From Myxococcota bacterium (GTDB lineage Bacteria; Myxococcota; XYA12-FULL-58-9; JALHOP01): a stretch of 45,844 nt of DNA. The position numbers and the translations under genes were made by a program. Of this stretch, positions 18,317 through 27,143 are shown one piece after another (position 1 is the stretch's first letter; every line of letters starts with the position of its first letter). Under the pieces are notes generated by a model, which did not search any database, was not told where the DNA came from, and saw only the letters and a program-made list of their open reading frames with translations. The stretch covers positions 1 through 45,844 of the forward strand of contig JBGGMJ010000203.1 of the NCBI GenBank assembly GCA_041288095.1, given 5' to 3'.

Positions 18317-19045
18317 GTGAAGCAGCTCGGCCAATTGGACAGCACGCGACGCCGCGCGTCGACGACGCTGGGCCGAGCCATCACCGTGTCCGTTATAGCG
18401 CACGTAGGTGTGGTCATCGTCGCGCTCATCACCATCAAGTCGGCGCACAGCCGCAAGCCGGCGCAGAACGTCATCGTCACCGAGCTCGTGCGCCTCGGCA
18501 AAGAGCGGCCGAAAGATCTTTTGCCGCGAAAAGACGAGCCTCCGCCTCCGCCCGAAAAAGCGGAGCCGCCACCGCAGACCAAGCCGACCGATCCACCCCC
18601 GCAGACCAAGCCGACGCCACCCAAGGACGCGACGCCGTCAGCCAAGGATCGTCTGTCGCAGCTCAGCAAAGTGCAGAACGCGCTCGACCGCTTGAAGAAT
18701 CAGGACGAGCCCGAGGGGCGCGAGGACGGCTCCCAGTACGGCACGACCAACAAGGCGCTCGCCGGCAACAAGCTCGCGAGCGAAGTGTACGCCTGCATGA
18801 AGGCGCACTGGGACTTGCTCGGCATGTCCCCGGCGCAGGCCGCGGGTAGGTCGGCGAAGATCGCGATCAGCGTGCAGAAGGATGGACGACTCTCCGATCT
18901 CGAGATCACCAAGTCGAGCGGCGATCAGCGCTTCGACTCCGCGGTGAAGAATGCCGCGCAGAAGTGCGGCAGGGTCTCGCCACCCGACGCCGAGATCGCC
19001 GAACAAGCACGTAAGGATGGATTCGAGGTCACGTTCACTCCATAG
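18317..19045 (+). CDS. tolA: TolA/TonB-family energy transducer
   Basis: TM with S...H (SVIAH), Pro-rich linker with a PPPQTKPT duplication, TonB-C-like end KSSGDQRFDSAV..A; lies between tolR and tolB. Confidence 0.8.
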   Translation: MKQLGQLDSTRRRASTTLGRAITVSVIAHVGVVIVALITIKSAHSRKPAQNVIVTELVRLGKERPKDLLPRKDEPPPPPEKAEPPPQTKPTDPPPQTKPTPPKDATPSAKDRLSQLSKVQNALDRLKNQDEPEGREDGSQYGTTNKALAGNKLASEVYACMKAHWDLLGMSPAQAAGRSAKIAISVQKDGRLSDLEITKSSGDQRFDSAVKNAAQKCGRVSPPDAEIAEQARKDGFEVTFTP

Positions 19046-19056
19046 TGTGGGCCGTC

Positions 19057-20379
19057 ATGATGACTCTTTTCCGTAAGCTCTTCCTCGTGGCCGCCGTGCT
19101 TCTCCTCGCGGCCCCTGCCTCCGCGCAGCGCATGCAGATCGCCGTCGGCGGCGCGAACTTCCGCCCGTATCCGGTGGCCGCGCCCGACATCGTCCCGGCC
19201 GGTGGTGACTCCGCCAAAGTGGCCAAGGAGCTCTCGGCGATCCTCCAGATCGATGTCGATCTCGCTCGCTCGCTCGAGCTCGTACCGCCGAACACGTACC
19301 TCGCTCCCGACAAGGAGGCGGTGACCAAGCCGAACTTCCAGAACTGGACCAACGTCGGCGCTTCGGGCCTCATCCGCGGCTCGGTCGCGGTGGCTGGCAA
19401 GACCGCGAAGATCAACCTGCGCTTCTACGACGTCGTCGCTCAGCGCGAAGTGCTCGCCCGCGACTACGACGAGGGCATCGATCGCGGCTCGCGCGCCGTT
19501 CACAAGTTCCTCGACGAGGTCATCGAGATGCTCACCGGCGAGAAGGGCATCTTCTCGTCGCACCTTGCGTACGTGCGCAAGACGCGCGGCGGCAAGGCCG
19601 TGTTCATCGCCGACATGGACGGCGGCGCCGAGCGTCGCATCACGTCCGAGGGCATCTTGTCGCTCTTGCCTGCCTGGCTTCCGGGCGGCGCGGGCCTCAT
19701 CTACACGTCGTATGCCGACGGCAACCCCGATCTGTGGCGCATCGGCCTCGACGGTCAAAACGCCAAGAACCTGTCGAACCAGCGCGGCTTGAACACGGGC
19801 GCGCAGGTCTCACCCGATGGGCGCCGCATCGCCCTCACCTTGTCGGTCGACGGCAACACCGAGATCTACGTGATGGACGTCGGCGGCGGTAACGTGCGCC
19901 GTCTCACGGACTCGTGGGGCCAAGACGTCTCGCCGACCTGGAGCCCCGACGGCTCGCGCATTGCCTTCGTCTCGTCGCGCGCCGGCAATCCGCACATCTA
20001 CGTCATGAACGCCGACGGCTCGAACGCACGCCGCCTTACCTTCCAAGGCAACTACAATCAGGAGCCGGATTGGTCGCCGCGCGCCGGTGGCCAGATCTCC
20101 TTCACCGCGCGCGACGAGCGCATGAAGTACGACATCTTCGTGGTCGACCCCGACACCGGGGTCATCACGCGCCTCACCCAGGACGAGGGCAACAACGAGT
20201 CGCCCACGCATTCGCCTGACGGTCACCACATCGCTTTCGTGTCGACCCGTGCCGGTGCCGGCGGCCGCCGCCTCTACATCATGGACGTCGACGGCAACAA
20301 TCAGCGCCTCATCGCCCGCGTCCAGGGCGACGTCGAGACTCCCTCATGGGGTCCGCGCCTTGGTTACGGCAAAGACTAA
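19057..20379 (+). CDS. tolB: TolB
   Basis: Signal peptide, TolB N-terminal domain, LTGEKGIF, repeated PD40 motifs (SPDGRRIA, PTWSPDGSRIAFVSSRAG.P.IY). Confidence 0.93.
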   Translation: MMTLFRKLFLVAAVLLLAAPASAQRMQIAVGGANFRPYPVAAPDIVPAGGDSAKVAKELSAILQIDVDLARSLELVPPNTYLAPDKEAVTKPNFQNWTNVGASGLIRGSVAVAGKTAKINLRFYDVVAQREVLARDYDEGIDRGSRAVHKFLDEVIEMLTGEKGIFSSHLAYVRKTRGGKAVFIADMDGGAERRITSEGILSLLPAWLPGGAGLIYTSYADGNPDLWRIGLDGQNAKNLSNQRGLNTGAQVSPDGRRIALTLSVDGNTEIYVMDVGGGNVRRLTDSWGQDVSPTWSPDGSRIAFVSSRAGNPHIYVMNADGSNARRLTFQGNYNQEPDWSPRAGGQISFTARDERMKYDIFVVDPDTGVITRLTQDEGNNESPTHSPDGHHIAFVSTRAGAGGRRLYIMDVDGNNQRLIARVQGDVETPSWGPRLGYGKD

Positions 20380-20443
20380 CTAGCTGTTTGTGCGAGAGTT
20401 TCGCTGGCTCGGCGCCGATGCCAACCTGGCGTAGGCGCTTCTG

Positions 20444-20471
20444 CGCACCGTCGCGCTCATTCTGCCGATGT
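20444..20471 (+). promoter_or_regulatory. Motif A promoter
   Basis: CGCACC-N14-GCCGATGT upstream of ATG 20500. Confidence 0.5.
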
Positions 20472-20499
20472 ACTGGGAGAACGAACTTGCGGGGCGTGT

Positions 20500-21153
20500 A
20501 TGCCAATTCAATTCCCTCCGACTGTCATCGAAACCGGCGCCATCAAGCAGCCGCGCGAGGTCATGCATGCCGTGCGCGCCATCGACGGCTCGCGCTATGT
20601 CGTCGCCATGAGTGGCGGAGCTCCGGCGCATCGCGCCACCCTCGTTGCCGGCATGTTCGAGCAGATGCGGGCCAATCGTGACTGGAGCTTCATGCCGATC
20701 GACGACGTCTATCAGCGTTACGTCGGCCGCGCCGCTCCAGCGGATCGTTCCCTTGCCGGCGTCCTCGGCATGCTCTTCGACATTGGCGGTGGCACCTACA
20801 GGATGACCACCCCGGACGGCCGCACGCGTGACCTCAAGCCCGTAAGTATCCGCCAAGGCTACACCGATCGATCCGCTTTCGTGGACGCTCTTGCGAAGAG
20901 CCCCGCGAAGCTCATGACCACCCTGCAGGCGCTATCGCTCACCAACCCAGAGACCACGGTGTTCGCCATCGACGCCGACGCGAGTCCGGGTCGAGGCGTG
21001 CGCCGTGGTGCCGGCGACCCACTTTGGGACCTCTTCAACATGCTCGTGCACAACCCGACCGACGTCCGCTTCATCGTCACCGGCAAGGAAGCAAACAAGC
21101 TCCTGCCCCCCAGCGCGCCGACGGGCCGGATCCAGGCGATCGAGCTGCGCTAG
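20500..21153 (+). CDS. Hypothetical protein, possibly a degenerate P-loop NTPase fold
   Basis: Best-fitting ORF in the gap after tolB; YVVAMSGGAPAHRATLV, TVFAIDAD and VRFIVTG occur in Walker A / Walker B / sensor order but without GKT. Confidence 0.65.
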   Translation: MPIQFPPTVIETGAIKQPREVMHAVRAIDGSRYVVAMSGGAPAHRATLVAGMFEQMRANRDWSFMPIDDVYQRYVGRAAPADRSLAGVLGMLFDIGGGTYRMTTPDGRTRDLKPVSIRQGYTDRSAFVDALAKSPAKLMTTLQALSLTNPETTVFAIDADASPGRGVRRGAGDPLWDLFNMLVHNPTDVRFIVTGKEANKLLPPSAPTGRIQAIELR

Positions 21154-21181
21154 AGAGTGCCGACCTGGCGCCCGGGGTAAA

Positions 21182-21209
21182 CACAACGTGCCGCGCCGCG
21201 TCGCGAGAA
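21182..21209 (+). promoter_or_regulatory. Motif A promoter
   Basis: CACAAC-N14-CGCGAGAA upstream of ATG 21243. Confidence 0.5.
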
Positions 21210-21242
21210 TGAGCGCTCACACTCATTCTCGGAGTTACCAAC

Positions 21243-21581
21243 ATGCGCACCACTCGCGTGGACGCCGCCGTCCAAGCTCGCCCCGCATCCGCCGGCACCC
21301 GGATGATCGTCGTCGAGCAGAACTTTCCGAACCCCGCGCAGCCCCACACCCATCGTGCCCTCGACCTCGGCACCGGCTGGGCTTCGACCCCGGTCGCCGT
21401 GCTCTTCGCCGGCAACCGCTACGAGGTGAAGCTGATGAATGACGGCTGGCGCAACCCGAAGAAGCCGTTCGCGGTGAAGTTCCCCATCTTGAACGACGGC
21501 CTGCACGGCGCGACCGTTGTCCTTCAGAACGGACAGCAGGTGCCGGTGCTCTTGTCGGTGCACACGACGTTCTTCCCCTAG
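21243..21581 (+). CDS. Hypothetical beta-rich protein (112 aa)
   Basis: GGAG RBS 8 nt before ATG; stop shares CTAG 21578-21581 with the convergent kinase gene. Confidence 0.65.
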   Translation: MRTTRVDAAVQARPASAGTRMIVVEQNFPNPAQPHTHRALDLGTGWASTPVAVLFAGNRYEVKLMNDGWRNPKKPFAVKFPILNDGLHGATVVLQNGQQVPVLLSVHTTFFP

Positions 21582-24010
21582 CGCTCTTCGATGATGTTGT
21601 TCTGATCGGGCAGCGGTGCGTTGAGCGCGTAGACGTACGACGCGGTCATGATTAGCAGGCCCATGAACGCGGCAACGACGAGCGTGATCATATCGCTGCG
21701 CGAGAAGAAGCGACCGACCTCTTCGTACTCGTCGTCGTCGTCGGCCTCCTCGTCGGGCCCGTCGTCGAGCATCGCGCCGGGCATGGGGGTCGCGACGGTT
21801 CGCGGGGCGTTGTCGGCGTCGTCGGGGAAGGGGCCTGAGCGCGCGAAGGCCTCGTCGTCGAGGAGCTCGATGTCCTCGACCTTGTCGGCGGCGGTGTCGC
21901 TCTCGTCGAGCTGCGAAGGCCCGCGACCCTTCTTCTTCTTGCTCTTGGCGTGAGCCATCGCGACTTGCGTGACCGCCTTCTCGGGCGGGGTGGCAACGAC
22001 GGTCGAAACGTGAAGCGGCTGCACCGTGGTGGCGACGTTCATGCCGTCAGGTGGAGCTGGATTCACGACTGCGAGCAGCTCGGCGATTTGCGCGTTGTCG
22101 GCGTTCTTGGGGCGCTTGAAGTCCTGCTTCGTAATCTCGACCCCGAAGCCCGACGGCTGCGTTCGGCGTACGAGATCCGCGATGCTGTCCTCGTAGACCT
22201 TGGTCTTGGCCTCGAAGATGATCGAGGGACTCGCGGCTGTCGGCGTCTTGAGCTGGAAGAGCGCGTCGCCGGGGCCTTGGTCGCCGAAGAGCGGCTCGAC
22301 GACGACTGTTGGACCTTCGTTCAAGGCTGCCGGCGGCACGGTAAACGAGGAGGTCGCGCCCCCTTCGCCGGCCCAGGGATTCGCGAGCTGCACGGGCGCG
22401 TCGGCGATCGCTTCGCGTGCGACGGGCTGGTCGGCGCCGGTTGGCTCGTCGTCGAGCTTCGGCATGACCTCGTCGACGGTGAAGCTGAAGTCACCCATCG
22501 TCACGAGCTCGGGCTCCGCGGCGGGAGCGACGGACTCGGTGCCGGGCGTTGGCTCGAAAGGTATCAATTGCAGCGTATCGGTCGAGGCTATGAACTGCGC
22601 GGCCCCGGGCGACTCCGTGACCGGTTCGTCGATCGCCTGAACCGCATCGAACAAGCCGCTGTCGGAGATCTGCTCCTCGATGATGACCGGCCCGTCGGCA
22701 CGCGTGCTGGTATCGGTGACTTCGAGGTGCACGCCGGTATCGGTGATCTCACGGTGCACACCGCTGTCGGAGACGTCGTGATGGACGCCGGTGTCCGGGA
22801 TGTCGCCGTTGATGCCGGTATCGGTGCGCTCGACATGATCATCGAGCGGCGCACCCTCGGCGTCGCTCACGCCGGTGTCGTCGTCGTCATCGATGCTGGA
22901 GAGCCGCGGATCATCGGCGGTGGTGCGTTCGTCTTGTATGTCGCGCGTCCGCGAGCCTTCGAGGCCGCCGCCGCTGGGGCTGTCACCCATGGCCAGCGGC
23001 TTGCTCCCCGAGCCGGTCGCCGGCAGGTGCGTGAGGCGGCGGTATTGCTCGACGCGCACCTTCTCGCGCTCGTAGTCCTCGAAGAAGAGCTCACGCATGA
23101 TGCGCGCGAGCTCACCCTTGTCGATCACCTGTCCGTCGTCACGGATGAAGGCGCGCAGGGCCTCCGCCATCTCAGCCGCGGTCGCGTAGCGCTTGTCGGG
23201 CTCACGTTGCATGGCGCGCTCGATGATCTTTCCGAGCACCCGTGGCATGCCGGCGTTCACCAGGTCGGGTGGCGAGAAGCTCGCGCGCGCGACTTTCCCG
23301 AGCGTGGCCGCGTCGCTGCCGCCGCGGAATGGGGCCATCCCGGTGGTCATCTCGTAGAGAATGACGCCCAACGAGAAGACATCGGAGCGCCTATCGGCCG
23401 GGTTGCTGATCGCTTGTTCGGGAGACAGGTACCCGAATCGACCCTTGATCGAGCCGATGCGGCCTTCGATCCCGCGGCTCTTGGCGTCGCGCGCGCTGAA
23501 GTCGATGACCTTGGGCACGCCGTCGTAGGAGATCAGGAGCTTTTGGGGGCTCAAGTCACGGTGAACGACCGATTTGCCGAGCTCGTCGGGGACCTCGAGG
23601 CCGTGAGCGTAGTCGAGCGCGTCCGCGATGGCGGCGGCAATGTACGCGCTGGCCACATAGGACAAGGGAGCGCCGGTCTTGCGCGCGCGTTGCTGGATGG
23701 TCTTGAGGTCCTTGCCGTGGATGAACTCCATGACCAGGAAGTGCTGCTTGTTGTTGACCCCGGAGTCGATCGTCTCGACGATGTTGGGATGGCGCAGAAT
23801 GCTGGCAATCCGCGACTCGTCCTGGAAGGTCTTGATGAGCTCGGGATTGCCGGCGAATTGCGTCAGCAAACGCTTCACCGCGAGCAGACGTCCACCTACG
23901 CTGTCCCCGAGCCGCTTACCCAGGAACACCTCTGCCGTCCCACCGGTCCCCAGCCGGCCGAGTAGGTAGTAGTCGCCGTAGGCGATCCCTTCACTCACGC
24001 AGCGAAACAT
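21578..24010 (-). CDS. Hanks-type Ser/Thr kinase-like membrane protein, probable pseudokinase
   Basis: LGTGGTAEV, AVKRL, HPNIV, MEFIHGKDL, HRDLSPQK, IDFS, GYLSPEQ, DRRSDVFSLG; long acidic disordered linker; C-terminal TM. Confidence 0.9.
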   Translation of the reverse strand: MFRCVSEGIAYGDYYLLGRLGTGGTAEVFLGKRLGDSVGGRLLAVKRLLTQFAGNPELIKTFQDESRIASILRHPNIVETIDSGVNNKQHFLVMEFIHGKDLKTIQQRARKTGAPLSYVASAYIAAAIADALDYAHGLEVPDELGKSVVHRDLSPQKLLISYDGVPKVIDFSARDAKSRGIEGRIGSIKGRFGYLSPEQAISNPADRRSDVFSLGVILYEMTTGMAPFRGGSDAATLGKVARASFSPPDLVNAGMPRVLGKIIERAMQREPDKRYATAAEMAEALRAFIRDDGQVIDKGELARIMRELFFEDYEREKVRVEQYRRLTHLPATGSGSKPLAMGDSPSGGGLEGSRTRDIQDERTTADDPRLSSIDDDDDTGVSDAEGAPLDDHVERTDTGINGDIPDTGVHHDVSDSGVHREITDTGVHLEVTDTSTRADGPVIIEEQISDSGLFDAVQAIDEPVTESPGAAQFIASTDTLQLIPFEPTPGTESVAPAAEPELVTMGDFSFTVDEVMPKLDDEPTGADQPVAREAIADAPVQLANPWAGEGGATSSFTVPPAALNEGPTVVVEPLFGDQGPGDALFQLKTPTAASPSIIFEAKTKVYEDSIADLVRRTQPSGFGVEITKQDFKRPKNADNAQIAELLAVVNPAPPDGMNVATTVQPLHVSTVVATPPEKAVTQVAMAHAKSKKKKGRGPSQLDESDTAADKVEDIELLDDEAFARSGPFPDDADNAPRTVATPMPGAMLDDGPDEEADDDDEYEEVGRFFSRSDMITLVVAAFMGLLIMTASYVYALNAPLPDQNNIIEER
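22709..22826. repeat. Degenerate 27-bp coding tandem repeat (about 4.4 copies; D[TS]G[VI] nonapeptide)
   Basis: Units begin at 22709, 22736, 22763, 22790, 22817; protein TDTGINGDI-PDTGVHHDV-SDSGVHREI-TDTGVHLEV-TDTS. Confidence 0.75.
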
Positions 24011-24112
24011 ACTTGATCAGTTAGTTTGCGCAAGCTGGCGGCTGATTTATAACTTTGACAGGCGTTGGTGGGTGCGGCGGACAGGTCCAGTCGCGTCTCC
24101 CTGTGCACGACG

Positions 24113-26044
24113 ATGATCGTTCAATGTCCGCAGTGCTCCACGAGGTTTCGCCTCGACCCGCGCCGTCTGAGCGATCGTGGTGCGCGCGTCACGTGCTCCG
24201 TGTGCAGCCACGGCTTCGTGGTGCGGCCCGACGATGACGTCGAGGAGCTCGATCCATTCGCATCGACCAAGGTCGACGCTCCCCAGCAGCCGTTCGGACC
24301 GCCGGTAGCGTTCGACAGCGACACCACCGCGCACGAGGTCATCCCGCCGAGCTTCGACCTCAACCAGTCACCACACGAGACGAAGACAGCAGTGCACATG
24401 GTCGCGCCCGCGAGCCGTGGCCGCGCACCCACTTCGTTCGACGACTTGGAGACGCTCGTCGATCCGCCCTCGCGCGCCGCCATGACGCTCGACGACGTCT
24501 CCGCCGCCGTTGCTCCCGGCATGCCGTCACACGGGGGTGCCGCGTTTCCGACCGCCTCGCCGCTCGCGCCCGCCTACGACATGATGGACATCGACATCAG
24601 CGATGACTCCGCTACAGCGGTCACCGATGACGACGTCATGAGCATCGATGACGACGACCTGGTGTCCATCGAAGACGAGCCGACTGTCGATCAAGACGTC
24701 GCCGTTGCCCTTCGTGGGGCCGCGATGCCCGAGCCCATGGGGGGTGAAAGCTCACGCGCCGCCACGCGAGTGGTGCAAACGCCGTCGCTCTTCGTGGAGC
24801 CGACGAACCCGATCGGGATGGACATCCCGTTGCCCAGCCCGTCCCCCTATCCGGGGCCTTCGTCGCTTCCCGACTCGCCGGTGTTCCCCGACCAGATCGC
24901 GCAGGCACGCACCTCCATCATTCAGGTCCCGTCACTGACGCGGCCCACGAACGAGGCTCATCAACAGAGCGCTATGCTCTCCGCCGGCGGCGGCATGGAG
25001 ACCTTCGTCGGTCGCATCGATCCCGCGCTCATGGCGCGCGCCATTCCGCAGCAAGACGACACCGAGCTCCTGCTGAGCGGAGGCTTGGGCTCGGACGGAA
25101 CGTATTCGCCGCCGCAAGAGCCGACTCGCCCGTCGATCGAGGCTTTCGAAGGCCAGACCGCGATCCATGACCTGCAGCTCGGCCGTCTTGGCCCGCGCCG
25201 CGAGACACGCCCGCTGCCCAGCGGCCTCGGCGAAGGGGCGACGCAGGACGGCGTCCCCCGCCCTCCTCCCCCGCCTGACGCGACGACCGGGACGCGTTTC
25301 GTGCGTGGCGCGACCACGGTGATGTTGTCGGTCGTGCTCCTCGCGCTCGCGGTCTTCGCGCTGGTGCGCAGCGGTCAGCTGGATACCGAGGTGCTGCGCG
25401 ATCCCGAGCGCATCGTGCGCGGCGATACCGTCGAAGGTGCGTCCGGCATCTTGGGCGTGCAGCCGACGTCGATGCGGTCGGTCTTGTATCCGACGGTGCA
25501 TGGCAAGATTCTCGTGTTCACCGGCGAGGTGAAGAACACGAGCACGCAGCCGGTCTCGAGCCTCGAGGTGATCGCCGAGGTTCGCAAACAAGACGACACC
25601 CTCATCGGTGAGGCGCGCGGGTCGCTCGGGGTGGTGCTCAGCGTCGCCGAGCTGGCGCGGCTCGAGACACCCGAAGCCGCCACCCGCGCTTTCGCCGCCA
25701 AGCAGACCGGACCGCTCACCATCGCGCCCGGCGAGCGTGTGCCGTTCATGGTCGTCATCTCACCGGCGCCACGTGAGCTGCGCTCCACTCGTCATCGCGT
25801 CCGCTTGGTGCAAGCAGCGCCGCCGCCGGTCCCGGTGACAGCGCCGGCTCTCCCAGCGGAGCCCGCGCCGCGCGAGGTCGCGCCGCCCAGCCAGGAGGCT
25901 CCGTCGTTCAAGACGCCCGACGCCGGTGGCGAGCACGACGTCATGCAGAACAAGACCAAGATGAAGGCCAAGCGCACGAAGACGAAGCGCAAAGCCCGTG
26001 ATGCCGACGACGGGACGCCCAGCGAGCCGGCCGGCGACCAGTAG
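24113..26044 (+). CDS. MJ0042-type zinc-ribbon protein with TM and DUF3426-like C-terminal domain
   Basis: MIVQCPQCSTRFRLD...VTCSVCSHGF; acidic/Pro linker; TM; VFTGEVKN...IAPGERVPFMVVI. Confidence 0.85.
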   Translation: MIVQCPQCSTRFRLDPRRLSDRGARVTCSVCSHGFVVRPDDDVEELDPFASTKVDAPQQPFGPPVAFDSDTTAHEVIPPSFDLNQSPHETKTAVHMVAPASRGRAPTSFDDLETLVDPPSRAAMTLDDVSAAVAPGMPSHGGAAFPTASPLAPAYDMMDIDISDDSATAVTDDDVMSIDDDDLVSIEDEPTVDQDVAVALRGAAMPEPMGGESSRAATRVVQTPSLFVEPTNPIGMDIPLPSPSPYPGPSSLPDSPVFPDQIAQARTSIIQVPSLTRPTNEAHQQSAMLSAGGGMETFVGRIDPALMARAIPQQDDTELLLSGGLGSDGTYSPPQEPTRPSIEAFEGQTAIHDLQLGRLGPRRETRPLPSGLGEGATQDGVPRPPPPPDATTGTRFVRGATTVMLSVVLLALAVFALVRSGQLDTEVLRDPERIVRGDTVEGASGILGVQPTSMRSVLYPTVHGKILVFTGEVKNTSTQPVSSLEVIAEVRKQDDTLIGEARGSLGVVLSVAELARLETPEAATRAFAAKQTGPLTIAPGERVPFMVVISPAPRELRSTRHRVRLVQAAPPPVPVTAPALPAEPAPREVAPPSQEAPSFKTPDAGGEHDVMQNKTKMKAKRTKTKRKARDADDGTPSEPAGDQ

Positions 26045-26059
26045 CGGGTAGCGCTAGCC

Positions 26060-26191
26060 TCAGCGCTTGCCGAATGTCCGCTCGAGCAGACGCCCTAGAC
26101 CGTCTGCAAGACGTCGCAGATTGTGGGCGCTGAACACCATCGCGAGGATGAACAGGGTGAGCATCAGCTCTGGGAAATACGGCACCTGCAT
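26060..26191 (-). CDS. Very short TatA/TatE-like membrane peptide (43 aa)
   Basis: ATG overlaps the upstream stop (TGATG). MQVPYFPELMLTLFILAMVFSAHNLRRLADGLGRLLERTFGKR follows the TatA pattern EL....hydrophobic.FG..KL..LA.GLG. Confidence 0.55.
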   Translation of the reverse strand: MQVPYFPELMLTLFILAMVFSAHNLRRLADGLGRLLERTFGKR

Positions 26192-27099
26192 CAGATGTTC
26201 AGACCGACCTTCAGCGTGTGGCTGACGTGATTGCCGGCGGCGCCGATCCCCGACGGTATGAAGCCGATGTCGAGGAAGTAGCCCGCGAAGCCGAAGCCAT
26301 ACACGGCATGACAACCCAGGAACAAACGCGTGATGTGGTTGTCGCCGAAGCCCAACGTCGGAAAGCGATAGAGCGAGCCGCCGGGCGCGAAGGTTTGATC
26401 GGCGGGGTCGACGACCTCGGCGGGAGTCGCGTCGAGGACGCCGCTGCTGGTGCGAACGAGCATGCGCCCGATCCCGAGTGAAGGCGTGAGCCGGAGCGCG
26501 GCTCTCCAGATGATGGTGTAGGAGGCCAGCAGATCGAATTCGAGCGTCGTCTGCGTCAGCTCACTGGCGCCGACGAGGTGGCCAACTCCGGCACGCAGGG
26601 CAACGTCGGGAACGTAACGCGGTAGATACGCCTCGAAGAGCCCCACTTTGACGTCGAGGCCGAGCGCCACCATCGAGCTCGAGCCGAGGTACGCCATCGA
26701 CAAGCCCAGGTCCGTCGACAAAGGCAGGCCTTTGCGGACTTGCAACGTCGGCGACCAGAAACCGCCAGGCGAGCCACCACCGTTGACCGCGCTCTCGAAG
26801 ACCTGGGCGGATGGTGCGCCCTGCCAGTATTCGGCGCTGCCACTTATACCCGTATAGTTGAGCGCGAAGGCGAGCTCGAAGCCGGCGGCGCCCAGGCTGT
26901 CGGCGCCGGCGAGGACCCGGGGTCCAACCACGAACGCGAGCTCGGTCGCCAAGGCCCGATAGCGGGCCACCGAGGGGTCGGAGAGGTCGTTGCTCTGCGG
27001 TCGCCCAAGGCCGATCAGCGAAAAGTCGCGGGGACCGGCGTAGGCCACACCGGTGCCCAAAAGGACGACGAGGAGGGCGGCGAGACGGGCGAACGCCAT
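26191..27099 (-). CDS. Exported hypothetical protein, probable outer-membrane beta-barrel
   Basis: Signal peptide MAFARLAALLVVLLGTGVAYA; alternating beta patterns LQVRKGLPLS.DLG, PDVALR.G; ends LKVGLNI. ATG 27147 (ATGA overlap) is an alternative start. Confidence 0.7.
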   Translation of the reverse strand: MAFARLAALLVVLLGTGVAYAGPRDFSLIGLGRPQSNDLSDPSVARYRALATELAFVVGPRVLAGADSLGAAGFELAFALNYTGISGSAEYWQGAPSAQVFESAVNGGGSPGGFWSPTLQVRKGLPLSTDLGLSMAYLGSSSMVALGLDVKVGLFEAYLPRYVPDVALRAGVGHLVGASELTQTTLEFDLLASYTIIWRAALRLTPSLGIGRMLVRTSSGVLDATPAEVVDPADQTFAPGGSLYRFPTLGFGDNHITRLFLGCHAVYGFGFAGYFLDIGFIPSGIGAAGNHVSHTLKVGLNI

Positions 27100-27143
27100 G
27101 GGTGCTCGATTGTCGGCGCGTTTGCCCATTCTGTTTCGGCGGC

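Noticed and set aside
20480..20502. CGTGTATG at the start of the 20500 gene as motif B
   Set aside because: It includes the start codon and has no CC-ending -35 box 15 nt upstream.
21950..23965. 671-aa plus-strand ORF and other long shadow ORFs (e.g. 39449..41077, 27198..28538, 9155..10489, 16779..17870)
   Set aside because: Antisense or off-frame to genes with clear family motifs; expected in high-GC DNA and they show no recognisable domains.
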